Part shown: positions 40,497 to 50,797 of the stretch, piece by piece
How positions within the stretch are numbered: the stretch's first letter is position 1
How the letters are laid out: each line of letters begins with the position of its first letter
Source: an uncultured delta proteobacterium
Lineage (GTDB): Bacteria > Desulfobacterota > Binatia > UBA9968
Direction: 5' to 3'
Assembly (NCBI GenBank): GCA_963816145.1
Contig: CAWFJP010000005.1
Span: 128,001 to 192,000 of the forward strand
DNA length: 64,000 bases
The notes under the pieces: model-generated
What the model was told of the DNA's origin: nothing
The model's database searches: none
Seen by the model: only the letters and a program-made list of their open reading frames with translations
Made by a program: the position numbers and the translations under genes

Positions 40497-41486
40497 ATGA
40501 ATAATCTGAAACTGCTTTTCGTCTGCGCCATATTCTGGAGTTCGAGCGCATCTGCTGTTTCCGCCGCGGCGGCGCCGCAGAAGGTTGTCATCACGCCGGC
40601 GAGCTTCAGCGAGCGAGAGGGGATCTTGATCGTGGCGCAGAACCAGGGGTTCTTTCGCAAGCACAATCTCGATGTGCAGTTGGTGCTGATGCCCAGCGCG
40701 CCTGTCGCATTCGCCGCTTTGGCGGCGGGGGAGTCGCAGTTTTACTTCGGCACAACCTCGGGCACGAGCTTGGGCGCGGTGGTGAATGGGCTCGATGGGG
40801 TATTCATCGCCGGTTTTATCAATAAGCTGGTCGGCGCTTTCGCGGTCGGCAAAGACATCAAGACGCCCAACGATCTCAAAGGGAAGTCCATTGGTGTTGC
40901 CAGCCTCGGCGGCGGCAACTGGATGTTCACCATGTTGGCCTTCGACCATTGGGGGATCGAGCCCAAGCGCGACAACATCACTTTTCGTATTATCGGCAAT
41001 ACCGGTGTGCGCGCGCAGTCTATTGCTAGCGGTATCATCGCAGGCTCTATGCTGGGCTATACTTTCGCCACCAACTTACGGCGCGATGGCTACCCGATCC
41101 TCGCCGATGTCGCCGATCTGAATATCCCGTTTCAGGACAGCGCGCTGTTTACCCGCAAGAGCTTTCTCAATCAGCATCCGGAGACGGTGGAAAATGTCCT
41201 TCGGGCGCTGCTCGACGCCATCGCATTCATTCAAGACCCAGGCAACAAGAACGCCGTACTCAAGAGTTTGGTCCAGTGGCTGCGGCTGGCGAAGACCGAG
41301 GACGCGGTCGAAGGCTATGAGTTCATGCGCCGGATGTACACCAAGCGTATTTATCCCACTATCGATGGCATCCGGAATTCCATTCGGGTGCTCAGCACGA
41401 CCAATGAAAAATTTCGCGGCTTGAAGGCGGAGGATCTGGTCGACGACCGGATCGTCAGGAAGCTGGAAAAGGAAGGGGTTTTTTAG
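40497..41486 (+). CDS. NMT1/SsuA-like ABC transporter substrate-binding protein
   Basis: Signal peptide; GFFRKHNLDV; DLKGKSIGV; KLEKEG. Confidence 0.88.
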   Translation: MNNLKLLFVCAIFWSSSASAVSAAAAPQKVVITPASFSEREGILIVAQNQGFFRKHNLDVQLVLMPSAPVAFAALAAGESQFYFGTTSGTSLGAVVNGLDGVFIAGFINKLVGAFAVGKDIKTPNDLKGKSIGVASLGGGNWMFTMLAFDHWGIEPKRDNITFRIIGNTGVRAQSIASGIIAGSMLGYTFATNLRRDGYPILADVADLNIPFQDSALFTRKSFLNQHPETVENVLRALLDAIAFIQDPGNKNAVLKSLVQWLRLAKTEDAVEGYEFMRRMYTKRIYPTIDGIRNSIRVLSTTNEKFRGLKAEDLVDDRIVRKLEKEGVF

Positions 41487-41540
41487 TTACCACCCCGGTC
41501 TGGGTACTTCGCGCTTCCGGTTGCGCTGCCAAAGCCTGCT

Positions 41541-42311
41541 ATGGGACGTTCACCCGCCATTCACTTACTGGTTTCCATTATTTTGTTTGGCTCCGGCTGC
41601 GCCACGGTCATACCGCTTTCGCGAATCGAAGTGGTCGAGTCCCGCTCGATCACTACGAATCCTGCACTGGCGAATTATCTCGTGACCGTGCATGTCCTGC
41701 TGCAAGTGCACGAACATCCCGACGAAACAATTCGGGCGACAGAGGATAAAGCCCGAATATCAGCGTGTCAGGAACGAATTGTGGCTAATGCGTTACGCCT
41801 TGGCGAGAGCGGGATCCGCGCGATTGTCGCCGAGGGAATCTACGGGGTTGGCTCGTTAGACAAACCGCTGCCAGTCGATACAATGCAATTCTCACAAACG
41901 AATAGGACTCGCGCGGCTGAAATCTTAGCCGCCCGTTCCGACATGGCGGTCTATGGTTTTGAGCTGAAGCCCTTGAACGAATTCGGCATGTCCGTGGTCC
42001 AGCAGCTTGGCAGCTCCGCCGCCCGAGCGCGTGAGATCGGGAAAGATAGCTCAGGAATATCCAAACCCAGTAACGACGAGGAAATTAATAGGCTTATCCA
42101 AGATGAGGCTACGCGCCTCAATCTGTGGCATGCCGGACTGGTGCCGGAAAGAAGCTTTCTTGCCTTACAAACCGCTCTCGCCGTTGCCTTGGCCCGTCGC
42201 GAAAATCAGGTACAACTGATTATTGGCAAGGCCCACTGGCGCGATTTGGTTTACGCGGTGAATCGCCAGGAAGACGTACGGCTGCGGCTGGTGCCGTATC
42301 CTTGCGACTAG
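41541..42311 (+). CDS. Hypothetical lipoprotein
   Basis: Lipobox-like LFGSGC; 256-aa ORF with no recognised domain. Confidence 0.55.
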   Translation: MGRSPAIHLLVSIILFGSGCATVIPLSRIEVVESRSITTNPALANYLVTVHVLLQVHEHPDETIRATEDKARISACQERIVANALRLGESGIRAIVAEGIYGVGSLDKPLPVDTMQFSQTNRTRAAEILAARSDMAVYGFELKPLNEFGMSVVQQLGSSAARAREIGKDSSGISKPSNDEEINRLIQDEATRLNLWHAGLVPERSFLALQTALAVALARRENQVQLIIGKAHWRDLVYAVNRQEDVRLRLVPYPCD

Positions 42312-42551
42312 CGCTGAAATAGAATTGCCGAGTTTATCCACTGTGCGCCGCCGCATCGGCTGACCTCTGACCTCATTCCAGACCGCCAAATATTTTCACA
42401 GCGTTGACAGAAGCAAACGCACTCGACTAGTGTCCGGGAAGCCCCACGGGGTTTAGCGCCTCGACTAGTCAGAACATCTTGATCTGAAAGATAGGCGCTG
42501 GGGGAAGGCGCATTGACGTAACGACGCTACAAGAGAAGGGAGAGAGAAGCC

Positions 42552-43565
42552 ATGCTTTACTTTCGAGCGGTGCTGCTGATTCTCCTGGCGATTTCGAGCG
42601 GCGCAGTGGTGGGTCATGCAGCGGTGGCGCCCAACAAGATGACCATCGCTTATGCGTCCATCGGGCCGCGTTCGGCGCCGCTTTGGGCCGCCGACGAGTA
42701 CGGCATCTTTCGAAAATATGGCATCGAGCCGCAAGTGATCTTTGTGCGCGGCGCGCCGACGTTGGTGGCAGCGCTGACTTCAGGCGATATGGATGTCGGC
42801 TACACCGGCGGCACGGCGGTGCTTGGCGCTTCGGTGGCGGGCATCGATCTAAAAATTCTCGCGGTGCTGACCAACCGCGTCACCTACGACGTGGTGGCCC
42901 GGCCCGGCATCAAGAGCGCCGAAGATCTGCGCGGCAAACGCTTCGGCGTCACCAGTATCGGCGGCACACTGTGGATGGGCGGCGTTCTCGGCCTGGAAAA
43001 ACTCGGCCTCGATATCGCCCGCGACGATATCAAGGTTCTGGTGATCGGCGACCAGGTGGTTCTCAGCCAAGCGCTTGAAGACAATCGCATCGACGCTACG
43101 GTGCTTGATCTGGTTTTTAGCAAGCGCCTTGCCCAAAAGGGATTTTCAATTTTGGCCGAACTGCATAAGACCAACCTGCCGATTACCAGCACGAGCATCG
43201 TCGCGCGCCAGGCTTACATCCAGAAAAATCCCCAGTTGATGGAGAATTTCATGAAGGCGGTGATGGAGGGGATCGCCTTCGTGCTCGGTCCGCCGAACAA
43301 AGCTGCGACCCTTAAATTACTTCAAAAGCGCTTGCACGTGAGCGAGCGCGAGGCGGAAGAGGGATTCGTCGACATGCTCATCGGCATGGACAAGAAACCG
43401 TTTCCATCCATGGACGGCTTGCGCAATATCCAGAGGTTGATGAAACTGCGCAATCCGAAAATGGCCGGCATCAAACTGGAAGATCTGGTCGACGATCAGA
43501 TCCTGCGCCGGCTCGACGAGAGCGGATTTATCGACAAGTTGTTCGCCACTCATGGGGTGAAGTAG
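42552..43565 (+). CDS. NMT1/SsuA-like ABC transporter substrate-binding protein
   Basis: Signal peptide; IFRKYGIE; DLRGKRFGV; LDESGFID. Confidence 0.88.
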   Translation: MLYFRAVLLILLAISSGAVVGHAAVAPNKMTIAYASIGPRSAPLWAADEYGIFRKYGIEPQVIFVRGAPTLVAALTSGDMDVGYTGGTAVLGASVAGIDLKILAVLTNRVTYDVVARPGIKSAEDLRGKRFGVTSIGGTLWMGGVLGLEKLGLDIARDDIKVLVIGDQVVLSQALEDNRIDATVLDLVFSKRLAQKGFSILAELHKTNLPITSTSIVARQAYIQKNPQLMENFMKAVMEGIAFVLGPPNKAATLKLLQKRLHVSEREAEEGFVDMLIGMDKKPFPSMDGLRNIQRLMKLRNPKMAGIKLEDLVDDQILRRLDESGFIDKLFATHGVK

Positions 43566-43694
43566 ATGTTGCCACCCGCTTTCATGCCCGACAACAAAGC
43601 CGATGATTTATCGATCAGTGTGTAGATAGAGAAACTAGACAGTATGGTTCAAAAAAGCGCTGGCTCGGGCTGATACTGACTCTCGGAGGTTGGA

Positions 43695-44756
43695 ATGAAT
43701 CGAAGATCCCTGCTTCTATTGCTTTACACCGGTGGTTTTTTTCTGTTCGCCGGTGCTCCCGCATCGGTCCATTCTCAAGCGCCGTTTTTTCAAGGCAAGA
43801 CGATCAAGATCATCAACAACGATCCCGGCGGCACCGCGGGGTTGCGGGTCAAGGTGGTGATGACGCACCTACGCAAGTATATTCCTGGTAATCCGACTCT
43901 GATTATCGAGTTTGTCGAAGGCGGCGGCGGACGCCGGGCGGCCAATCAGGTTTTTCAAAACGCCAAGCCCGACGGCCTGACCATCGGCGCGCTCAGCAGT
44001 TCGATCATTGGCCTTCAGGTCATGAAAGAGACCGGGGTCATGTACGACATCGATAAATTCATTTATCTCGGTACGCCGGTGAGCGAGAACCACAATGTCA
44101 TCTACACGCGGCGGGAACTCGGTCTCAATTCCCTCGACAAACTGCGCGCGGCGAACGGGCTGCGTCTCGGCGCCCAAGAAGTCGGCGCGGTGGCATATAT
44201 CTCGGCGCGCTTGTTCGCTTACTTTCTCGATCTCAAAGCGCCGAAGTTTGTTACCGGTTACACTTCGCTGGAAGCCGACGTGGCCTTGCGCAATGGTGAG
44301 ATCGATTCGCGCTCCAACAACGTCACTTCCGTTTTGACCCGCAACCGTGAATGGATCGATAAAGGCATCATGGATTTCCATGCGGTCTTGGCGGTGCCCA
44401 AAGACGACAAGCCGTCGCACCCGCGCCTGGCCCAATTGCCGGAGATCGAGAGCTTCGCGAAGACCGACAGGGAGAGGAAGCTACTGACGATGTGGCGCAG
44501 TTTCCGAACCGCGACGACGCCGTTCGTGTTGCCGCCGGCGACGCCGAAGGACCGCGTCGAGACCCTGCAAGAAGCGATGCGCAAGGTATTCACGGATGCC
44601 GAGTTCCGCGCTGAGTTTAAGAAGCTCGCCAACGACGATGCTTCGCCGCTAATGCCCGAAGAGCTGACGAAAGTCATTCATGACATTCCCCGCGATGCCG
44701 AGATTATCGAGTTGCTGCGGAAACTGTCCGGTGTCGATCCGTTGCCTGCGCGTTAG
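43695..44756 (+). CDS. Bug/TctC-like tripartite tricarboxylate transporter substrate-binding protein
   Basis: FFQGKTIKII, PGG, KYIPGNP, AKPDGLTI, VTGY, PP.TPKDRV. Confidence 0.85.
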   Translation: MNRRSLLLLLYTGGFFLFAGAPASVHSQAPFFQGKTIKIINNDPGGTAGLRVKVVMTHLRKYIPGNPTLIIEFVEGGGGRRAANQVFQNAKPDGLTIGALSSSIIGLQVMKETGVMYDIDKFIYLGTPVSENHNVIYTRRELGLNSLDKLRAANGLRLGAQEVGAVAYISARLFAYFLDLKAPKFVTGYTSLEADVALRNGEIDSRSNNVTSVLTRNREWIDKGIMDFHAVLAVPKDDKPSHPRLAQLPEIESFAKTDRERKLLTMWRSFRTATTPFVLPPATPKDRVETLQEAMRKVFTDAEFRAEFKKLANDDASPLMPEELTKVIHDIPRDAEIIELLRKLSGVDPLPAR

Positions 44757-44880
44757 GGATTCAATCCACGCCTGGATTACTGCTTATAGCATGAGGCGAT
44801 GACAGTGTTTGGAAGGACGATTGAGCTAAAGCGATAAACTGCCAACAGTTAGACACGCCGAGATTATAAAGGAGTTGGGA

Positions 44881-45966
44881 ATGAAGAATAATTCATGGCG
44901 ACTCTTCTTGTTTGTTATCGGCTCGTACGTTGCCTGGGCGCCGCCAAGTTTCTGCGCCGAGAAACCCTTCTATGAGGGGAAGACCCTCACGGTTTTGATC
45001 AATTATGCGGCCGGGGGGCCCACCGACGTCGAGGGGCGGCTGTTGGCGCGCCATCTCGGCCGGCATGTTCAAGGGCAACCGAATGTGATCGTGCAAAATA
45101 TGGCCGGGGCGGGCGGCGTCATCGGCACCAACTACTTGGGCCAGGTAGCCAAAACCGATGGGCTGATGATGGGCTATTTTACCGGCGCGCTATTTCATCA
45201 GCAGGTGAAAAATCCCGCGTTGCGCACGGACCTGTCTAAATATGCTTTCATCTCGGGAATCCAGGGAGTCACCGTGTCTTATATTCGTTCGGATGTCGCC
45301 CCGGGCATCAAAAAGCCCGCCGATCTCATCAAGGCGCAGCGGTTCAAAGCGGGCGGGCTAAGCAACGACAGCTTCAAGGATGTCGCCTTTCGGCTGTCGT
45401 TCGATCTGCTCGGTTTGCAGTACGACTATGTGACCGGTTACAACTCCAGCGCTGACGCCAGACTGGCGGTGCAGCGCAATGAAGTTCAGTACCACGACGA
45501 GACCTTGCCGGGATACCGATCGCAAGTGGAGCCCAGTATGGTCAAACCGGGACAGGTGACGCCGCTCTACTATGCCGATCTCATCGACGCCGACGGCGGC
45601 GTCGCCGATAGCCCCGATGTTCCGGAGCTGCTGCCTTTCACGAAATTTTTTACCCAGGTAACCGGTAAGCCGCCGTCAGGAATCAAGTACGAAGCGTTGA
45701 AGGTGGCCGGCATCGCAGGAACCAATATGACGCGGGCGATGTTACTGCCGCCAGGGTCGCCGAAGGAGGCGGTAGCCGCGTTGAAACAGGCCGCTGCGTC
45801 GCTTTCGAAGGACGACGAATATCTCGCCGACGCGGTTAAAGTGATGCGCTTTCGTCCGAGGTTTGAATTGGGCGCAAGCGGCGAACTGCTTTATCAAAGG
45901 GCCACGGGGATTTCTCCTGACCTAGCTAAGTTCATCAGGCAATTTATCGAGCAGGAGAGAAAGTAA
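44881..45966 (+). CDS. Bug/TctC-like substrate-binding protein
   Basis: FYEGKTLTV..YAAGGPTD.EGR, VQNMAGAGG, VTGY, PPGSP. Confidence 0.87.
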   Translation: MKNNSWRLFLFVIGSYVAWAPPSFCAEKPFYEGKTLTVLINYAAGGPTDVEGRLLARHLGRHVQGQPNVIVQNMAGAGGVIGTNYLGQVAKTDGLMMGYFTGALFHQQVKNPALRTDLSKYAFISGIQGVTVSYIRSDVAPGIKKPADLIKAQRFKAGGLSNDSFKDVAFRLSFDLLGLQYDYVTGYNSSADARLAVQRNEVQYHDETLPGYRSQVEPSMVKPGQVTPLYYADLIDADGGVADSPDVPELLPFTKFFTQVTGKPPSGIKYEALKVAGIAGTNMTRAMLLPPGSPKEAVAALKQAAASLSKDDEYLADAVKVMRFRPRFELGASGELLYQRATGISPDLAKFIRQFIEQERK

Positions 45967-46026
45967 ATCTGGGCCAAAGGGTTTCAGGTTTCAGAAGAAA
46001 TCCCCGCCGATTGCAGGCAGTGAGAA

Positions 46027-46093
46027 AGATTTCTCGCTTCGCTCGAAATGACAGAAAGCCAATTGCTGTCATCCCGAACGAAGTGAGGGATCT
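46027..46093. repeat. REP doublet AGATTTCTCGCTTCGCTCGAAATGACA / TGTCATCCCGAACGAAGTGAGGGATCT
   Basis: Same two units as carried inside the MITE, in opposite order, between convergent genes. Confidence 0.75.
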
Positions 46094-46181
46094 AGCCAAG
46101 CTCGATCACCATCCAAAGATAGCGTGCGTCCACTGGAGACGGATATTTTCGCGGCAGATGCCGCCGCGACGCTCGCCCTGA

Positions 46182-46613
46182 TTATTTCGCCGGCTGAAAC
46201 TTCGGCAACGTATAGTCCGGCAGGTCCTCGAAGATCACTTCGACGTTCATGCCGATCTTGACTTCTTCCGGCGCGCAGCCGATGACGTTGGTCACCAACC
46301 GCCCGCCCTCCGCGAGGTCTACCAGCGAGACGTTGTAAGGAACCTTGTCCTGGTACGCAGGGTGCCAAGCCCGGTGGTAGGCGATGTGGGAATAGACCGT
46401 TCCCTTGCCGCTGAGCGGCACCCACTGGTAATCGCTCGACAGGCAATGTGGGCAGTGCGACTGCGGCGGGTAACCAAATATTTTATTGCAGGATGCGCAG
46501 CGTTGGGCGGTCAGTTTGTGTTCCCGCAGATTGGCCCAAAACGGTTTGGCTTCAGGCTCTTCGAGATAGGGTTGTCCTCGGCGCGCAGCGCGCCCGCGTT
46601 CGTCTTTGCTCAT
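46182..46613 (-). CDS. Zn-ribbon/OB-fold DUF35 (ChsH2-like) protein
   Basis: PFW, CxxC..CPHC, SGKGTVYS, VDLAEG.RL.TN. Confidence 0.92.
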   Translation of the reverse strand: MSKDERGRAARRGQPYLEEPEAKPFWANLREHKLTAQRCASCNKIFGYPPQSHCPHCLSSDYQWVPLSGKGTVYSHIAYHRAWHPAYQDKVPYNVSLVDLAEGGRLVTNVIGCAPEEVKIGMNVEVIFEDLPDYTLPKFQPAK

Positions 46614-47764
46614 AATGCCCCCAAGATCATCGTTGCATGCATCGCCAGACTGCCGCCATGGCCGCTGACAATACCGACTTTAGCGTTCGGCACTTGCCGT
46701 TCCGGTTCGACTTCGTTGCCGCGCAATTGTTTAACCGCTTCGGTGATGTGCAGTTGCCCTTCGAGATGGGCTTGCGACAGCAACCCCCCGTGTGTGTTGA
46801 GCGGCAGCTGGCCGCCGATGGTAATGCGCCCGTTCTTGACGAAGTCCTTGCCTTCGCCTTTTTTGCAAAAGCCGTAGTCTTCGAGCGTGATCATCGCCGT
46901 GATCGTAAAGCAGTCATAGATTTGCGCGAACTGCATGTCCTTGGGTTTCAGCCCGGCCATGCGATAAGCGGTCTCCGAGGATTTTTTGCCGCCGAGAGTG
47001 GTGAGCGTCGGCGCATCGAGCAGGCTCCAGTGTGGGTGGTGCTGGCCCATGCCCAAGATTGACACCGCTTTCTTGGGGAAATCCCGCGCCCGCTCGGCGC
47101 TGGTCACCAACACTGCGCCGCCGCCGTCGGATTCGAGCGAGCAATCGAACAAACGAAGCGGCGCGACGATCATGCGCGAATTCTGATGATCTTCCATGGT
47201 CATCGGTTTACGCAGCGTGGCATTCTTGTTGAGGCTCGCATGATAGCGCGTCGAGATCGCGACATGGGCGAGGTCCTCGCTGGTGGTGCCGAACTCGTAC
47301 ATATGGCGTTGCGCCGCAAAGGCATGTCCGCCGGCGGCGGCGAAGTGGCCCCATGGTTCTTCCCAATGCTCGTCGCCACGCCGGATAGGATGTCCCGGTG
47401 TCGGATCGGCAGTTGAACGCTTGCGCGCATGGACGCACACGACGGTGCTCGCCATGCCGGCTTCGATGGCCATCACGGCGCACTGGACCATCGCGATGGG
47501 CGTGGCGCCGCCGAGCGCCAGGTCGGTGGCGAACAGCGGATCGATGCCCGCCATATGTGAGAGCTTTGTAGCGTAACTCCGGTGCGCGTCGTTGAGCGGT
47601 TGGTTGGTTAACAGGCCGTCGACCTGCGACGCCTTGATGCCGGCGTCGTCCAGGCAGGCCTTGATCGCTTCGAGATGGAGCGAGTTGGTGGTCGCGTCGG
47701 GCCGTTTCCCCACCACCGTCTCGCCCATTCCCACGATGGCGCATTTGCCGCTGAGGTTTGTCAT
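46610..47764 (-). CDS. Thiolase-like protein (SCP-x/Ltp2 type, lacks nucleophile Cys)
   Basis: AIVGMGET, LGGAT, PLRLFDCSLESDGG, YDCFT, NTHGGLLSQAH. Confidence 0.9.
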   Translation of the reverse strand: MTNLSGKCAIVGMGETVVGKRPDATTNSLHLEAIKACLDDAGIKASQVDGLLTNQPLNDAHRSYATKLSHMAGIDPLFATDLALGGATPIAMVQCAVMAIEAGMASTVVCVHARKRSTADPTPGHPIRRGDEHWEEPWGHFAAAGGHAFAAQRHMYEFGTTSEDLAHVAISTRYHASLNKNATLRKPMTMEDHQNSRMIVAPLRLFDCSLESDGGGAVLVTSAERARDFPKKAVSILGMGQHHPHWSLLDAPTLTTLGGKKSSETAYRMAGLKPKDMQFAQIYDCFTITAMITLEDYGFCKKGEGKDFVKNGRITIGGQLPLNTHGGLLSQAHLEGQLHITEAVKQLRGNEVEPERQVPNAKVGIVSGHGGSLAMHATMILGAL

Positions 47765-48061
47765 GTTTTGCCTTTCGTCGACTTTCAAAAAACTCATTCG
47801 GCAAGGTACATTTTCAGTTCGGTGCCGAATTGTTTCTGTTGTGGCGATCTTATATGGGAGGTTTTTCCACTGTCAAGCAAATGGGGTGAATCATTCAAAT
47901 GTAATGTCAATCGTCCTGCAATTTGGCTACCGCTTTGGCTCACACCGGCGTGGATTCAGTTTGCAGTGTTGCAAGGCCGTTTGCTAAATGGGTGGAGCCT
48001 GGGCCACCGGACTGCAGATTTTTCATGTCGGCGAAAAATGGCAACCAGGCGACGCACTAAG

Positions 48062-48137
48062 GTCGTCATACCGTTGGAAAACGGTATCCAGGTTAGGGGC
48101 GGGGGGATGGACCCCGGTTTTCACCGGGGTGACGATA
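48062..48137. repeat. REP-like doublet GTCATACCG..CGGTATCCA / GGACCCCGG..CCGGGGTGAC
   Basis: Two inverted short palindromes in a divergent intergenic region. Confidence 0.65.
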
Positions 48138-48269
48138 ACGGCGGAGTGATGCAGGGAAAGTCAGATTAGATTCACCAGCGTCAGTAGCCGTCTGCATTTA
48201 GCCAGTGAGTTTGCAACGTTTTTCAGAGACAACACTGGAGAATTTGATTTCTCAGTAACCGGAGGTGTC

Positions 48270-49235
48270 ATGCTTTCTTTTTCAAAAAGGTCGTACCTAA
48301 TCATTGTCTTGTCACTCGGGCTTTCCCAAGAGTCGTCTGCGCGCGACGCGGTGATCGGCTACTCCGGGCGGACCATCGCCGAGATGCCGTTTGCCTGGGC
48401 GAGCCGCAAGGGATTTTTCAAAGAAGCCAATTTGGACGTCAAGATGATCTACATGTCGACCAGCATCGCCGCCAAGGGATTGATGAGCGGCGACGTGGAT
48501 TACTCCACGGCGATGGGCGGGGCATTGCGCGCGGCGATCGCCGGCGCGCCGATTATCGGCATTTATTCCATGTTCAAAGCGCAGATGTACTTAGTGTCGC
48601 AGGGCAAGTACAAGCAGGTTGCCGATCTGAAAGGCAAAACGGTGGGGATCAGCGTCTTCGGCGGCGCCTACGATCTGGCGGCGCGAACGATTCTCAAGCA
48701 TCACGGTCTCGACCCGGAAAAGCAGGTGACCTTGTTGCAGATCGGCGACAGTCGGACACTTTACAGCGCTCTCGCCGCCGGCAGCATCGACAGCGCGATT
48801 TTGGGACCGCCCTACGACATCAAGGCGGAGATCGAGGGCGCCAACCGTCTGTTCGATTCGTCGGAGATCTTCGACATGCCGTTTTCCGGTCTGGCGACCA
48901 GCAAGAAAAAACTGCAGCAAGACCGCGCCGAAGTGAAGGCGATCGTACGCGGCTTGGAGCGCATGCGCCGCTACATCGTTGCGAACCGCGCCGAGGCCGA
49001 GGCGTTTGCCAAGCAGTTTCTTAATTTGAATGACAAAGAAGCGCGCTTGTCGATCGCCCAAATGGTGAAGTCTTTCCGCGACACCGGCCGGACCACCGAC
49101 GAGGCGGTGGTCGATTTCATAGAGACCACACTCAGGAGCACCAAACAAAAAGTCGGCACCATCAAGCCCAGCGACATTGTCGACTGGAGCGTGACGACCG
49201 AAGTGGTGCGGGAACTGGATAAAGAGAAGCGGTAA
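48270..49235 (+). CDS. NMT1/SsuA-like ABC transporter substrate-binding protein
   Basis: RBS GGAGG; KGFFKE.NLDV; DLKGKTVGIS. Confidence 0.88.
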   Translation: MLSFSKRSYLIIVLSLGLSQESSARDAVIGYSGRTIAEMPFAWASRKGFFKEANLDVKMIYMSTSIAAKGLMSGDVDYSTAMGGALRAAIAGAPIIGIYSMFKAQMYLVSQGKYKQVADLKGKTVGISVFGGAYDLAARTILKHHGLDPEKQVTLLQIGDSRTLYSALAAGSIDSAILGPPYDIKAEIEGANRLFDSSEIFDMPFSGLATSKKKLQQDRAEVKAIVRGLERMRRYIVANRAEAEAFAKQFLNLNDKEARLSIAQMVKSFRDTGRTTDEAVVDFIETTLRSTKQKVGTIKPSDIVDWSVTTEVVRELDKEKR

Positions 49236-49298
49236 GGGGTGAAGGGTAAGGTGAAAGGGGTATTCCGATCGCCTCACCCCTGACCCTTTACCCCTCAC
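49232..49298. repeat. Inverted clusters of 7-bp period AAGGGGT/ACCCCT repeats
   Basis: Same family as 18762; single arms also at 31419-31448 and 58861-58894. Confidence 0.8.
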
Positions 49299-49321
49299 CC
49301 GCGACCGAAGGGAGCCAACCA

Positions 49322-50438
49322 ATGATAATCGATGCCGACGGCCATACGCATGTTGCCAATGTTGTGTTCGACGAGTATCTCGATCCGGCGTTTCGCGCCA
49401 AGCGGCCGCGCTATGTCGAGCTGGACGACGGCCGCGGTGTTTACCTCATCGAAGGGCGGGTGATCATCAAACCGTCGGGTTGGGGGCCGGGAACGCCGCT
49501 CAGCATCGGCAGCCGCCGTCTCGAAGGCTGCCAGGCCTTCGGCATGGAAAATATCGCCGGCCGCTTGTCCGATCTCGACCGGGAAGGGATCGACGTGCAG
49601 GTGATCTATCCCAATGTCTTGATGTCGATCAACAGTTTCGATGATGCCGCGCTCGCCTCGGCGGTGGCGCGCGCTTACAACCGCTGGATGTCCGATCGCT
49701 GCGCCGAATCCAAGGGCCGCTTGCGCTACGCCGCGGTGGTCGCGCTGCAAGATCCGAGCGCGGCAGCGGACGAGGTCGAATACGCCGCGACCAAGTTAGG
49801 CGCCGTCGGCGTCATGGTGCCGGGCACCATCGGCACGCGCACCCTCGATCATCCCGATCTCTATCCGTTTTGGGAACGAGTGCAGAAATATGACGTCGGC
49901 GTCGGCATCCATACGGTCACGGGTATGTATCCGACAGTGGGCGCGGACTTGTTCGATCACTTCTTCGGTTCCAAGGCGGTCGCCATGCCGCTGACGTTGA
50001 CGGTGGCTCTGGTGTCGCTCATCGCCGGCGGCATCGTCGATCTGTTTCCCAAACTTCGCTTCGGCTTGCTGGAAACCGGCTGCGGCTGGCTGCCGTATTG
50101 GCTCGAACGGCTCGACGACCTGCACGAACGCGGCGAACACGAGCCGGCGATCTACGACGGCCTGCTGCGGCGAAAGATGTCCGGCAAGAGAACCAAGCCC
50201 AGCGATTTGTTTACGTCAGGCCGCATGATCGTCTCCTGCGAGCCCGGCGAGAAGATCTTTGCCCTACGTCGTCAGCGCCGTCGGCGACCAATGCATCATG
50301 TACGCCTCAGACTATCCTCATCCCGACAGCAAATGGCCCAACACCGTCGCGCCGATTCAGAAGGCGGAGATGTCGGCGGTAGCGAAGAAGCGGATACTTG
50401 GGGAGAATGCCGCAAGGTTGTATAAGTTGGGCAATTAA
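49322..50438 (+). CDS. Amidohydrolase_2 family protein; single frameshift near 50258
   Basis: IDADGH, EGIDVQVIYP, AYNRW, ETGCGW; removing one T restores ILPYV...YASDYPHPD...ILGENAARLY. Confidence 0.85.
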
Positions 50439-50694
50439 TGCCGGGGAGAATCGTGCCGGCGACAGGGTAAATTATTGCAGCATAAACTCAAACAACAAAA
50501 CCTCGCGTGGCACTACTTCCCTACTTTGGCGCTTTAGTGGCGTGACCACGAGTATAACTACCCAACTGTTGAATCGACGGGGCAGGGACGATCGAAGTCC
50601 TTTGGCTAAAGTGTCATACGTTCCCTGGTGTTGGTCGGCTATATTGAGTTTTCGCAGATCTGTGTATAGAGGTCGCACTCGTCTCCAAGAATGT

Positions 50695-50723
50695 TTGACA
50701 AAGAATTAGAAAGTAAGGAGAAT
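50695..50723 (+). promoter_or_regulatory. Candidate sigma70 promoter TTGACA-N17-GAGAAT
   Basis: Perfect -35 box and 17-bp spacer, upstream of the cassette core site. Confidence 0.5.
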
Positions 50724-50797
50724 CGCCGCGTATTGTGAATTTTAAAAACTGTCATTCGCAGAACTGCATACTCACAAGTTAGACTCGAACGTGACTC

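Noticed and set aside
42420-42520. CTCGACTAGT direct repeat and AGCGCCT/AGGCGCT stem upstream of an SBP as a riboswitch
   Set aside because: No match to a known aptamer core; the evidence is too thin
50472-50678. Divergent ORF upstream of the GIY-YIG cassette as an intI remnant
   Set aside because: No tyrosine recombinase motifs are recognisable
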